From: a virus
IMG/VR virus record: IMGVR_UViG_3300017613_000793
Span: 5,195-69,194 of that record
Direction: 5' to 3' (one strand)
DNA length: 64,000 nucleotides
Each line of letters begins with the position of its first letter. Position 1 is the first letter of the stretch. Below the pieces are notes generated by a model, which ran no database searches, was not told where the DNA came from, and saw nothing but the letters and a program-made list of their open reading frames with translations. Position numbers and translations under genes: made by a program. Shown one piece after another: positions 8,740-18,578 of this stretch.

Positions 8740-11144
8740 GCACTTATTTCTTTTAATTTTCCCCAGTGGGTTCCAACAGCAAGGTCCACCACAAGTGGCA
8801 CACCCAACATCCAATCATATGTGATTGCTTCCAAAATCCTCTTGCCAATTCTTTTAAGTTCATCAAGCTCATCTTCATAACAATCAATACCTATAGAGTC
8901 ATGGACTTCCCAAATAAATTGAGACTTCATTCCACGGTTTCTAACCTCATGCCATAACCTTCCAAGCCCGGTCACAACAATATCACTAGCAGTTCCCTGG
9001 ATAGGCATGTTGATTGCTTCTCGCTTGACTTGATTCCTTTGGTTCTTAGTGACTGCTCTGCTCAAATTAAAATTTCTAATCCGTCCAAATGGCATATCAA
9101 TATATCCAAACTCCTGAACATGATTCCACACCTTTTCCTGATACCGTGTTACTTTAACATGTGCCCGATAAAAATCCTGAATCCATTTCTCTGCAACCTT
9201 CTTTGGTTTGCCCAACTCTTCGGCTAAACTATAAGCTCCTGTGCCATACACAATAGAAAAATTAACAGTCTTGGCATGGACTCTCTGTTCCTTTTTAATA
9301 GAATCCGACTTATCAGAATTGTCACCATACATCTCAAACCTAGTTGACTCATGAATATCCCTACCATCAATAAAGTCCTGCATCATTGGTTTGTCCTCTG
9401 CCAACATAGACAAAACCCTAAGCTCCAATTGTGAGTAGTCAAATTCCAAAAACACTCCATACTTGGATTTAAACACTGGCCTTGTATCATAAGGAATGTT
9501 CTGGAAGTTTGGATTGAATGAACTCAGCCGTCCTGTTGCTGTTGTTATAAAGGAATAGTCTGCATGTATCCTACCTTCCTTTTGTTTCTCAACATATGGT
9601 TTCAAATAAGTTCCCAACACCTTATCCTTCTTCCTGAACTCTATCATGTCTTTAATCAGTCCGTGCTTATTCTTTACCTTACCCAGTGCTTTCTCATCCG
9701 TCTGCATCTGACCTGTCTTTGGAGTGTAAACACCTGTGGTGATTCCCATAAGTTCAAACACTCTGCCCACCTGCAACGGAGAATTAAAATTAACTATCTT
9801 CTTACTTGCTTCCTCAATCTGTTTTATCTTTGGGTAAGAATGCATCTGGGCTTCCAACACCGTCAACTCGTCCACATATTTATCTGTAGTCTCTGTCAAA
9901 ATCTCCTGGTCCAAAAGAACACCTTCATGCTCCATCTCAGCCACTGCCATGAGTCCTGGTGCAATAGTCCAAGCCATCAATGCTCTCTGTGCATCATCAA
10001 AGTATGGTTTGTTCACAAACATTTGACACAGCTTGTATGTCATATAGGTATCCATAGCATTATAGTTTGCCAACTTATCCAGGTCCATACCTGCAAGGTT
10101 ATCCCGGTCAACATCATACCCACCTTCATGGGTATACTTCCAGGCCATTCCTTTTAATGTATGTGGGATGAACTTCCCAACCAACAGGTAGTGTGCAACC
10201 ATGGTATCAAACCAAAGGTTCTTCACAATGATTCCGTTCTGTCTCAAAAATTTAATATCAAACTTTGCATTCTGTGCAATAGTTCTAAAATGTGTATCAG
10301 TGAACAACACCTCAATTTGCTTCAACACCCATGGAACCTTATCCTTAAATGGACTATCCTTATGCCCCAATGGTATCACCCAATTTCTATCCTTGGTGCT
10401 AAATGCAATTGATAAAATCTTGTCTTCCTTCCAGTCCAATCCTGTGGTCTCAATATCAAACGCAAGGTCACAATATTTATTGTCTGCCATTCCCAAAAGC
10501 TCTGTCAGCATCAACTCCAAATCATCCACAGTGTCAACTAATACCTTGACAACCTCATGCCTATTGTCAAGGTATGCCTTGACTTTTGAAAGGTCTTCCA
10601 AGAATCCATCTTCTCTCCTGGTGTCTTGATTCTTTAATATATACCCTGGATGATATGTCACAAAAAAATGTTTACCATCCTTATTAAATCCATATCCTAC
10701 AGAGTTGAAAAATGCCTTCTTCCCAAGGACCGCTTCCAATGCTGTAGCTCCAAGCAGAACCACAAGGTCTCCACCAAAATCAGCAATCTCTTCCTTCAAA
10801 TACTTCTTACAGTTCTGGACTTCCTTCTTACTTGGTGCTCTGTTATTTGGTGGACGGCACTTACACACATTGGTGTAAACCACATCCTCAGGCTCAAGCT
10901 CCAGGACTTTGACTATGTTCCTAAGGTATTGACCCGACTCATCTTTGGAATCACCTGGGACATCTCCCACAAACAACACACATGCATCCTTCAGTGCACC
11001 ATAGTATGGAACCTGAGTTATACCACGGAGTGTACAGTCATCACACGAAGTCTTCTTGGATTTCTTCTTTGGGATTGCCACGGTCACCTTGGTGGATTCC
11101 AACTCCTTGATTGTGCTTCCTAGCAGGTCATCAATTTCACTCAT
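8736..11144 (-). CDS. polA: Family A DNA polymerase with N-terminal uracil-DNA-glycosylase-like domain and 3'-5' exonuclease
   Basis: UDG family 4 motifs CDDC, NVCKCRPPNNR, TYHPG; exonuclease DIETTG, NAKFD, YNAMD; polymerase TATGRLSS, DYSQLELR, KTVNFSIVYG, VHDS. Confidence 0.95.
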   Translation of the reverse strand: MSEIDDLLGSTIKELESTKVTVAIPKKKSKKTSCDDCTLRGITQVPYYGALKDACVLFVGDVPGDSKDESGQYLRNIVKVLELEPEDVVYTNVCKCRPPNNRAPSKKEVQNCKKYLKEEIADFGGDLVVLLGATALEAVLGKKAFFNSVGYGFNKDGKHFFVTYHPGYILKNQDTRREDGFLEDLSKVKAYLDNRHEVVKVLVDTVDDLELMLTELLGMADNKYCDLAFDIETTGLDWKEDKILSIAFSTKDRNWVIPLGHKDSPFKDKVPWVLKQIEVLFTDTHFRTIAQNAKFDIKFLRQNGIIVKNLWFDTMVAHYLLVGKFIPHTLKGMAWKYTHEGGYDVDRDNLAGMDLDKLANYNAMDTYMTYKLCQMFVNKPYFDDAQRALMAWTIAPGLMAVAEMEHEGVLLDQEILTETTDKYVDELTVLEAQMHSYPKIKQIEEASKKIVNFNSPLQVGRVFELMGITTGVYTPKTGQMQTDEKALGKVKNKHGLIKDMIEFRKKDKVLGTYLKPYVEKQKEGRIHADYSFITTATGRLSSFNPNFQNIPYDTRPVFKSKYGVFLEFDYSQLELRVLSMLAEDKPMMQDFIDGRDIHESTRFEMYGDNSDKSDSIKKEQRVHAKTVNFSIVYGTGAYSLAEELGKPKKVAEKWIQDFYRAHVKVTRYQEKVWNHVQEFGYIDMPFGRIRNFNLSRAVTKNQRNQVKREAINMPIQGTASDIVVTGLGRLWHEVRNRGMKSQFIWEVHDSIGIDCYEDELDELKRIGKRILEAITYDWMLGVPLVVDLAVGTHWGKLKEISA

Positions 11145-11335
11145 GTTCTCCCCACCGGATTTATTTTTATACTGCCATCCTTCCCCATAATTATTACCTT
11201 CCCTCTTGGCTCTCCCGGCAACGTCACAGTCTTTCCTGGAATCTTAAATCCAAGCTCTTCTTCCCACCGTTTTTTGTCAGCCGGAGAATGGAACCTAATC
11301 TCATAAGTTTTAAGTTCACTCATTGCCACCACCAA
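11141..11335 (-). CDS. Hypothetical protein
   Basis: Small ORF translationally coupled to polA. Confidence 0.5.
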   Translation of the reverse strand: MVVAMSELKTYEIRFHSPADKKRWEEELGFKIPGKTVTLPGEPRGKVIIMGKDGSIKINPVGRT

Positions 11336-11474
11336 GGGTCAGGCATAAACTGTTCACACTTCTGTAATACAGGACACTTTTCTTCACTACACGTTCCGTT
11401 CTTATGGAACAAACAGAAACCTGCAGAAAACCTATGCTTACAATGTTTCCTAAACCGTCTGAAGCTAATTAATC

Positions 11475-11735
11475 TCATTTGTTTTTCCTATACTTCAACG
11501 CAAAATATACCCACACCACATTGGCTGAGACAATCACAAGCCCACCTGCAAAGCTCCACCACTGCTCCAAATGTGGGTAATAATAAAGATTCCAGATTCC
11601 CCACGTAGTGAAAAATGCTGTGCTTAAAACGCTCACACCTTTTACCTTCTTCTGCTTGTATAATATCCTTACATTATTCCACAACATGATTCCACCAAGG
11701 GATTCATACAAACCATTTACAATGTCTTGCCACAT
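11475..11735 (-). CDS. PQ-loop/SemiSWEET-like three-helix membrane protein
   Basis: 86 aa, three hydrophobic helices, K..KGVS loop and W..YY motif. Confidence 0.6.
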   Translation of the reverse strand: MWQDIVNGLYESLGGIMLWNNVRILYKQKKVKGVSVLSTAFFTTWGIWNLYYYPHLEQWWSFAGGLVIVSANVVWVYFALKYRKNK

Positions 11736-11741
11736 ATTAAC

Positions 11742-13103
11742 TCACCTATCCACCAAACCAGTTGTGTCTTCTACAAGCTTTGCTTCATACAACTGACATT
11801 TAGCTTTGTCTATTTTTAAATTCACTTGCTTCCTATCTTTCATTTCTCTACCACCTGCAATAAATATTCTCACATCCTGTGGGTTTATATCCGGGTCAGC
11901 TTCTTGCTTTGTCTGATTCAATGTCAGGATTAAATCTGCATCCCTCATTGGTTCAATACTGTCACCAGAATCATCCAGGTCAATTATATCCTTACTCTTG
12001 GAACCCCTGGTTGTCTGGTGTAAAAGCCACACGGCAATCTTATGTTGCTGTGCCAGTGCCAACAGTTCCTTCGTGATTGCTCCAAGCAGGTGATACCTTC
12101 CACCACTTGATACATCCACCAACAATTTTTTATTACTTGACCTCATTAATCCCAGGTAGTCAATAACCAACATGTCCGGTTGAAACTTGTGTAGAAACTT
12201 TAGCTTCTGCATCAATGCTTCAATGGTCAAAGCACTACATCCTTGTGCCGGGTAATGTTGAACCCACAGCTTTCCTGAAGTTGGAGAATTTTTAAAAGCA
12301 GTTACTGCAGTCCTAACCTCATTTTCACTAACATGCAACATCTCTTTTGTAACACCGGAGATTGATGCATCATACAAGTTCTGTGTTCTGTCCCTGCTAC
12401 CTTCCATTCCAATATGTAAAACGTTCTTGCCATTGTACAATGCCCCTTTAGAAAAGCACACAATGCTCATGGTCTTTCCACGCTTCATGGGACTCATGAA
12501 GATTGCCAACTCTCCAGGAGCAACACCACCACCAAGGTCTGAATCCAATTTATTAATCCCGGTTGGAATTGCAATGTTACTTCTCAACGTCAAATCTCTA
12601 CGTGCTAACAAACGCTCTTCTATATTTTCAAAATACATATCACCAAGGTCTTCCTGGTTCTCACCTATTCCCATTGCTTCCTTGACATCATCCAATATTG
12701 GACTGTAGTCCTTCTTCTCTGTCAACAGTTTGGCTCCTTTAATTACTGCATCTCTAACAGCCTGGAACCGGGCAAATTCAACTGCCCTATCTTTGACATA
12801 TTGGAACTCTCCCTTTTCACCTAACCTGATAACCTCTTCAAAAGCATCTGTCCACTCATCAGCAGGAATCTTCCGTCTCTCCATCTCCAATTGAACCTCT
12901 TCCAAATACTCATCTAGGTCCGGTCCTTTTTTGTACTTCTCATAAAAGGAAAATATAACACTGACAAATCCCTGGAATACTGTGTGGTCAAAAAACTCCG
13001 GCTTGATAATTTCCAGGTTGTTAATCAAAGACAAATCATCATACAACAACATAGATACTAAACGTGCTTGGATGCCTTCTGAGAAGTCATACTTTTCAGA
13101 CAT
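11742..13103 (-). CDS. dnaB: DnaB-like (SF4) replicative helicase
   Basis: IPTG...LD, GELAIF, Walker A variant PMKRGKT, MEG, VIDYLGLM, Q..R, ADL motifs. Confidence 0.88.
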   Translation of the reverse strand: MSEKYDFSEGIQARLVSMLLYDDLSLINNLEIIKPEFFDHTVFQGFVSVIFSFYEKYKKGPDLDEYLEEVQLEMERRKIPADEWTDAFEEVIRLGEKGEFQYVKDRAVEFARFQAVRDAVIKGAKLLTEKKDYSPILDDVKEAMGIGENQEDLGDMYFENIEERLLARRDLTLRSNIAIPTGINKLDSDLGGGVAPGELAIFMSPMKRGKTMSIVCFSKGALYNGKNVLHIGMEGSRDRTQNLYDASISGVTKEMLHVSENEVRTAVTAFKNSPTSGKLWVQHYPAQGCSALTIEALMQKLKFLHKFQPDMLVIDYLGLMRSSNKKLLVDVSSGGRYHLLGAITKELLALAQQHKIAVWLLHQTTRGSKSKDIIDLDDSGDSIEPMRDADLILTLNQTKQEADPDINPQDVRIFIAGGREMKDRKQVNLKIDKAKCQLYEAKLVEDTTGLVDR

Positions 13104-13806
13104 AAATATTTACCCCTTCTTCACCGTATTGTTTTTTTAAATCAACCCTCAAGTTCCTGAGAATTTCCTTTTGCTCTGTGGTCAAAACCTTCCCAACCTC
13201 TAACTGAATTTTCTTTAAATACTCATTGCTAGTTTGCCACAATAAAGGATGACTGTAAACATATATGTTGGTTACATATCCCATACGTGCTAATATCTCA
13301 AGTTCCTTGATTGCATTATGAGTATCAATCAGAGAAAACTTCTCCAACCGCTCCTTGAATTTCTCTGCAGACTGAAAGATTGATTTCCTATAATCTTTGT
13401 TGACTTCATACAATTTATTTACAGCTTCCTTCTTGGATTCAAATTGGTTCTGGTTTTTCTTTTCCCACTCAAGGTATCTCAACATTGCGTTCTCTGTGAC
13501 TAACATAGGAAAGGTTGGGAATTTCATTCCCTTCTTCTGGAGCCAACCCTTTAACATTTCAAACTGAATCTTCATGTAAACTGGGAAGGTCACACCAAGC
13601 TCTGTGCAAATTAAAATCAATGCCCGGATATTACTAACCTTCTTTTTGTACTGTGGAGAAGACTTGTCTCCACTAAGATAAAAGGAACGTCTGCCTGAAT
13701 ACTTCTGAACAAACTCTGCATATATGTCAGAGACCATTTTGTATGTGGCCTCATTATCTAACTGTTCAAATCCTGAGGTTACAGGACTCCTAAATTTTAA
13801 TTCCAT
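13096..13806 (-). CDS. Hypothetical replication-associated protein
   Basis: 236-aa ORF with RBS, overlaps the helicase start, downstream of the candidate origin. Confidence 0.6.
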   Translation of the reverse strand: MELKFRSPVTSGFEQLDNEATYKMVSDIYAEFVQKYSGRRSFYLSGDKSSPQYKKKVSNIRALILICTELGVTFPVYMKIQFEMLKGWLQKKGMKFPTFPMLVTENAMLRYLEWEKKNQNQFESKKEAVNKLYEVNKDYRKSIFQSAEKFKERLEKFSLIDTHNAIKELEILARMGYVTNIYVYSHPLLWQTSNEYLKKIQLEVGKVLTTEQKEILRNLRVDLKKQYGEEGVNIYV

Positions 13807-13901
13807 CCAAGCTCCTTTGCCGAGTTTCCCGGCTCAACAATTTTTGAATACCTGAACGAAGTGAAGGTATGAGATGATTGTTGTAATATCATTGTTGTCT
13901 T

Positions 13902-13931
13902 ATTATACTACACAAGAAGTTCTAATGTCTA
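13902..13931 (-). promoter_or_regulatory. sigma70-type promoter, 18-bp spacer
   Basis: TAGACA(13931-13926)-18-TATAAT(13907-13902). Confidence 0.6.
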
Positions 13932-13971
13932 CACATACCGACTGTAAGAAGCAGACCTCTGTTGGAACCCT

Positions 13972-14059
13972 TGAGTTCCCTATTCTACGGTATAGCCAAA
14001 CGCTTGACTTCCCTGTTCTACGGTATAGTGACATGTGAGTTCCCTGTTCTACGGTATAG
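13972..14059. repeat. Three 24-bp direct repeats (iteron-like; candidate replication origin)
   Basis: TGA(G/C)TTCCCT(A/G)TTCTACGGTATAG starting at 13972, 14005 and 14036 (periods of 33 and 31 bp). Confidence 0.85.
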
Positions 14060-14362
14060 TCATACCAACCAGAAGATTGTTTTCCTGCTTCCACGCTTGC
14101 TTAATTTCTTAATAAGATTCATATTATGAAACTTTTCAATCAACTTTGTAATGGTTGCACGTGAAAATCCTGTGAGCTTTTCAAGCTCCTTGTATGTAGT
14201 TTCAATAAATTTGGTCTCTTCATTTACCAGTGCTCCAAGCACCATGTAAAATCCTGTGGCTCCTTTCTGCAGGTCTTCAATTTCTGCAATCAGTCCTTCC
14301 TTGATTGCAACCTTTCTAATCCAAACTGTGTTTTTTAAATTAGGTTCATTTGACAAACTCAA
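14060..14362 (-). CDS. Winged-helix DNA-binding protein, putative replication initiator
   Basis: HTH TTYKELEKLTGFSRATITKLI followed by a wing; stop codon abuts the repeats. Confidence 0.7.
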   Translation of the reverse strand: MSLSNEPNLKNTVWIRKVAIKEGLIAEIEDLQKGATGFYMVLGALVNEETKFIETTYKELEKLTGFSRATITKLIEKFHNMNLIKKLSKRGSRKTIFWLV

Positions 14363-14906
14363 ATTGTTTCTCCTTTTCTCTTTTTAAAATTATCTCTTTG
14401 ATAGTATACCAGTCCCACGGCCTAAAGTCCATAACATCTATTCCAACATCTTGCATCCTACCATACGGTTCAATGTTTCCGTGGCTGTGTCCATGCAGGT
14501 GGAAGGAACCATGTATTGATGCTCTCCAGGACCGGAGTGGATAGTGGCACAGATGAATCTTGTCACCACCGTCTTTAATGTAATCCATGTATGCTACCTT
14601 GGCAAACCACTCTTCAAACTTCTTCATGTTCTTGTCATCATGGTTGCCACGGAGTAGGATTATCTGTCCCTTCAATTGGCTGATGATATAATCAATAGGC
14701 CATGCATCCACCTTGGAACCTAATGCAAAATCTCCAAGATGATATACAACATCTCCACGTGTAACCACCTCATTCCACCTGTCAATAAGCCCCTGGTTCA
14801 TTTCATCTACAGACTTCCACAGGTGCTTCCGGTAGGTTTCCATAACACCCCGGTGGTTGAAGTGTGTATCAGCCGTGTAAAATTTCACTCTTGTTCTATT
14901 CTCCAA
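14346..14906 (-). CDS. Calcineurin-like metallophosphoesterase
   Basis: ADTHF.H, HLGDF, GNHD, CHYP, HLHGHSH motifs. Confidence 0.9.
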   Translation of the reverse strand: MENRTRVKFYTADTHFNHRGVMETYRKHLWKSVDEMNQGLIDRWNEVVTRGDVVYHLGDFALGSKVDAWPIDYIISQLKGQIILLRGNHDDKNMKKFEEWFAKVAYMDYIKDGGDKIHLCHYPLRSWRASIHGSFHLHGHSHGNIEPYGRMQDVGIDVMDFRPWDWYTIKEIILKREKEKQFEFVK

Positions 14907-15068
14907 TTACCAGTAATCCCAAGTAGCACAAGAACTCCACCAACAATCACTCTATGCCAGTAGAAGAAACTACTTGGTTCAACTTTGTAGTCTGAAGCAA
15001 GTAGAAACCATATGCCTACAATAAAGGTTACCCAAAGCATTACTTTCATATTTAATTATCCTTTTATT

Positions 15069-15431
15069 TTATTCTTCTTCAGATGGTTCTCCTATAAACT
15101 TGAGTGCTTTCTTGTTCAAATTCCTAGAAGCCCTTTCCATTTGTTTAAGCCACTCAACTGGAAGTCTAATGTGACTTGCTAGTTCCTCAATTGTCATACC
15201 TTGGTCAATTCTGTCTTCTTCAAGCTTCTGTGCAAGTGCAACCTTATACAGAATCTTGTCGTGGCTCTCATTAAACTGCTTAGTTGTTTTGAAAACCATT
15301 CCAGACAAATCTTCCAGCCGTCCAACAACAAGTGCTCTTTTGGTAATATTATTACCATTAGATTTTTCTGTGAGGTATGACAGCATGTTTAAAATAAGCT
15401 GTCTTCTCTCACTGCTTTCAGTGTGTTCCAT
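15069..15431 (-). CDS. XRE-like HTH DNA-binding protein
   Basis: C-terminal R..QGMTIEELASHIRLPVEWLKQMER; own promoter and RBS. Confidence 0.65.
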   Translation of the reverse strand: MEHTESSERRQLILNMLSYLTEKSNGNNITKRALVVGRLEDLSGMVFKTTKQFNESHDKILYKVALAQKLEEDRIDQGMTIEELASHIRLPVEWLKQMERASRNLNKKALKFIGEPSEEE

Positions 15432-15449
15432 GTATGTCTCCTTTCACAC

Positions 15450-15479
15450 AGTATACCACAAAACATATTCTTTTGTCAA
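15450..15479 (-). promoter_or_regulatory. sigma70-type promoter, 18-bp spacer, extended -10
   Basis: TTGACA(15479-15474)-18-TATACT(15455-15450), preceded by TGG. Confidence 0.75.
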
Positions 15480-15520
15480 ATGCTCTAATCAATCCTAAGC
15501 CACGATATTTCCTGTGAATA

Positions 15521-15601
15521 CACAGGTACAGACCCCCCCTGAGTTCGCCTCACTGTGGTCATCTGGTGACATTAGAGAGGGTATTTTGGCATACACCTGT
15601 A
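15521..15601 (-). ncRNA. Putative small multi-stem structured RNA (intergenic)
   Basis: Closing helix UACAGGUGUA/UGUACCUGUG, inner ACCCUCU/GGGGGGU, two hairpins GUCA-CCAGA-UGAC and UGAG-GCGAA-CUCA. Confidence 0.5.
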
Positions 15602-15612
15602 ACAACTCAAAA

Positions 15613-17001
15613 TTATGCATCCAAATAGCCTTCTCTTATATAAACTTCTATCCTACGTTCACTGTGTTGTTTTAAATATTTGCTGTTATCTAAGAAGTCA
15701 TATGCCTTGAGAACACCACCATCTTTCTTCTTCCTTAACCCACGTCCTATCCTCTGGATAGTCTTCACATCTGACTTTCCACCGGACGCTGTAATGAGCA
15801 CATTGATTTCCGGGATGTCAATTCCTTCATCAAATATTCCTGAAGCAATCAGGATTCCTTTTCCTTCCAGGAACCACTGAACTGAATCATCTCTCTGGTC
15901 CATAGAATTGGAACCATGAACAAATCTCACAGGCCAACCTTCCAGCATCCTTCTCAGGATTCCACCATGGTCAATCTGCCGGACCAGGATAAGCACCTTG
16001 TCACCTTTCTCATAATGACCTGTTGCAGTATTTACAATCATCTGGTTTCTTTGTTTACTATCCACAATACCTTCTCTATAAATCTCTTGCCAACGTGCTC
16101 CATAAACCGTCTCATCATTGTCTAGTATGTCCATGATTATTGGACATAGGTCACCATCTTCAATTGCGTCCTCAGTCTTTCTCTTATATATAGTCTGTCC
16201 AACAACTGCCATAAGCTTCATGGAATCAAGTTCTTCCCGGTCCATCGGAGTACCTGAGAATCCAAACCTGTAGAATGCATTGTGTGCCCACATCCCGGCT
16301 GTATACCAAGTCTTTGCTGATGCATGATGACACTCATCAAACATAATAACCTGGAAGGTCTTCATGAAGTCACCAAATCTTTTTGTGCTCTGTTTCTTCA
16401 TCTGGTCCAGTGATTGAACTGTAGCTATTGTCACTCTGGTTCCTGGAGCAAAAAGACTATCTCCAAAAACACCTATCTCATAAATGTTGGAATTAAGTCT
16501 AACAATAAACCTGTCATGTGTTTGCCACATAAGAGACTTGCTGTTGACCATGATGAGCGTAGGAAGGTTCAGTGCCTTAGTGATTCCAATAGCAACCTCA
16601 GTCTTCCCGGTCCCGGTTGGCATATGGATGACACCACGGAAATTATTAACAGCATCAATAATTGCATCTAGCTGGTCTTGTCTCAATGTGATTCCATGTA
16701 AGAGGTCTTTGTGCACAGACCATATCCTTCCAGAGTCAATTAAATCTCTATCATAACCTCTCTCATCAACAATCTGAAAATCTGTGCCCTCTTCCCTAAA
16801 GTAACCTTCCACAATATGCAGAAGCCCTGTTGGAAATTTCCCTGTCATTATATCCAGGAAGTGAGTTTGACCATCCCACAACCCATCTTTGTATTTTGTG
16901 GAGTGCCAATACTTAGGCCACCAGCAAGACAACTTCTCTTCAAGCCCCAATGTGTAATTGCTCAACTGAGACTTAACGTTCCTGACTTTAATTGTAATCA
17001 T
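15613..17001 (-). CDS. SF2 DEAD/DEAH-like helicase (UvsW-like)
   Basis: PTGTGKT, DECHH, SGT, EGIDIP, QRIGRGLR motifs. Confidence 0.93.
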   Translation of the reverse strand: MITIKVRNVKSQLSNYTLGLEEKLSCWWPKYWHSTKYKDGLWDGQTHFLDIMTGKFPTGLLHIVEGYFREEGTDFQIVDERGYDRDLIDSGRIWSVHKDLLHGITLRQDQLDAIIDAVNNFRGVIHMPTGTGKTEVAIGITKALNLPTLIMVNSKSLMWQTHDRFIVRLNSNIYEIGVFGDSLFAPGTRVTIATVQSLDQMKKQSTKRFGDFMKTFQVIMFDECHHASAKTWYTAGMWAHNAFYRFGFSGTPMDREELDSMKLMAVVGQTIYKRKTEDAIEDGDLCPIIMDILDNDETVYGARWQEIYREGIVDSKQRNQMIVNTATGHYEKGDKVLILVRQIDHGGILRRMLEGWPVRFVHGSNSMDQRDDSVQWFLEGKGILIASGIFDEGIDIPEINVLITASGGKSDVKTIQRIGRGLRKKKDGGVLKAYDFLDNSKYLKQHSERRIEVYIREGYLDA

Positions 17002-17642
17002 TCATCTTTCCTAGCAGTGATAACAATGTTCACTGGTGAGTCCATCCACTTGTCAGCCTTAGCATGAACCGTTCCCAAGTTCAGCTTCTTTAGCTTATTC
17101 ACAAGGTTTAAACTCCATGCTTCATACGCAGACAATTTATCATTTAGAAATACCGGAAGCTCTGTGTTTCTTTTTTGGCTAAAACCAGGAGCCACACAAC
17201 ATGGACTTAGGATGAGTGCTCTAACTCCAATCCGTTCTTCATAGATATTGATGAGTCTTTCAGCAAGCTCACCACAAGCATGACATGCAACCAAAATGGT
17301 TGGTTCACCTTGAAAGAATTTGAATGGTTTGTAGATGTCGGCTTTCTGATACTCCCAACGTTTAACATCCTTGAAGCCCTGTCTGTTCCTGTCCTTCTTG
17401 TCCACTGAGATACATGCCTTGACCGGAAGAGTAAACACTGACAGTATCCCGGTCAAACAATTCCCGGCACACATGTCAACCACGTTGTAATGCATTGGTT
17501 TTGGCAGAACAATCTTTCTTAGCTCCTGCCGGATTGCCATTGCTTCTGTAATTTCCTTATGAAACTTTTGTACTGGAGCCACCGCATTGATGACATCCCC
17601 GGCACACTTGAACTGTAAGAACTGTCTAATATATTTATTCAT
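16998..17642 (-). CDS. SAM-dependent methyltransferase-like protein
   Basis: VVDMCAG, HACGEL, SPCC motifs. Confidence 0.7.
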   Translation of the reverse strand: MNKYIRQFLQFKCAGDVINAVAPVQKFHKEITEAMAIRQELRKIVLPKPMHYNVVDMCAGNCLTGILSVFTLPVKACISVDKKDRNRQGFKDVKRWEYQKADIYKPFKFFQGEPTILVACHACGELAERLINIYEERIGVRALILSPCCVAPGFSQKRNTELPVFLNDKLSAYEAWSLNLVNKLKKLNLGTVHAKADKWMDSPVNIVITARKDE

Positions 17643-18020
17643 TTACTTAATCTCCTTATCTGCACAATAGAACTTTGTTACATTCGGCTTGTCTGGAACT
17701 TTACATTCCTTCACACACTTTTCACACTGTGGAAGTACACCATCAAAATCAAACCTCTCACTAAAATCAAATGCTGGATTTCTAATCGGACCACTAATTC
17801 TCCGTCTTGTCATCTTTCCTCTATTTCGTATGTTAACATTAATTGAAGTGGCGTAACATGGAGTACAAACTTTATGTCCATTAACATTACTAACCCACAC
17901 CCAATAAAGTTCAGACATTTTATTACCACATCCACCACCACACTTACCCTCAATAAGTTCTGGGTTGTCAGACAATTTAACTCTTTCGTAATTGTATCTG
18001 CTCTGAGTTAAACGGCTCAT
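17643..18020 (-). CDS. Cys-rich (zinc-finger-like) hypothetical protein
   Basis: CGGGC, CTPC, CEKC...C motifs. Confidence 0.6.
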   Translation of the reverse strand: MSRLTQSRYNYERVKLSDNPELIEGKCGGGCGNKMSELYWVWVSNVNGHKVCTPCYATSINVNIRNRGKMTRRRISGPIRNPAFDFSERFDFDGVLPQCEKCVKECKVPDKPNVTKFYCADKEIK

Positions 18021-18358
18021 TTGTTATACCCCACAAATAAATCAGTGGCAGAACCTTCACCAGAAAAAACATACAGACCATAAGACTCTGCAACCTCTTC
18101 TAACACTTCCCAAAATGCAGTGTCTTTTTCCACATCATGCTTGGTCTGGTTTGTGGTCCACGGCATGTAATACTTACCGGAAGGCATTACACCCAGAATA
18201 GAACCAACATAAGTTGAATAGGTTTTGGTGTCAAGACAGTCATCATTGGATGGTTCAGAATTATCACAATTTCTTTTGAGACCATTCCAATCCCATCCAG
18301 ATATTTCCTTCCGGTACTTCACCTTCAAAATTTCATGTCTATTAAAACCTTTATACAT
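18017..18358 (-). CDS. Hypothetical protein
   Basis: RBS AGGAG before ATG; coupled to the next gene. Confidence 0.7.
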   Translation of the reverse strand: MYKGFNRHEILKVKYRKEISGWDWNGLKRNCDNSEPSNDDCLDTKTYSTYVGSILGVMPSGKYYMPWTTNQTKHDVEKDTAFWEVLEEVAESYGLYVFSGEGSATDLFVGYNK

Positions 18359-18373
18359 TTTTTGTCTCCTTTT

Positions 18374-18568
18374 TTAATCACAATCAAAATGTTCAAGCAT
18401 TGTCTGAAGCAGGTGGTCATAGTCTCCACTTCTTGCTTCATCCATTACTTCTTTTCGTTTTTCCTCAGACCATCCTGCACGTCTTGCAGATTGGTTAGCT
18501 CTTGCTAAAATAAAAAAAGCATTACCATCCAATCCAACCAGTTTCAATTTAGGTTTTACATTCTCCAT
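18374..18568 (-). CDS. Small phage protein
   Basis: RBS AAGGAG; motif LVG.DGNAF.IL...SGDYDHLL recalled from small phage proteins. Confidence 0.75.
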   Translation of the reverse strand: MENVKPKLKLVGLDGNAFFILARANQSARRAGWSEEKRKEVMDEARSGDYDHLLQTMLEHFDCD

Positions 18569-18578
18569 ATTGTCTCCT

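Noticed and set aside
13972-14059. Direct repeats as a mini CRISPR array
   Set aside because: Intervening sequences are only 7-9 bp, the repeats are not palindromic and no cas genes are present; iterons fit better
6097-17001. Inteins or introns in RecA, PolA, DnaB or the SF2 helicase
   Set aside because: Lengths are normal, motifs are contiguous and no intein or homing endonuclease signatures were seen
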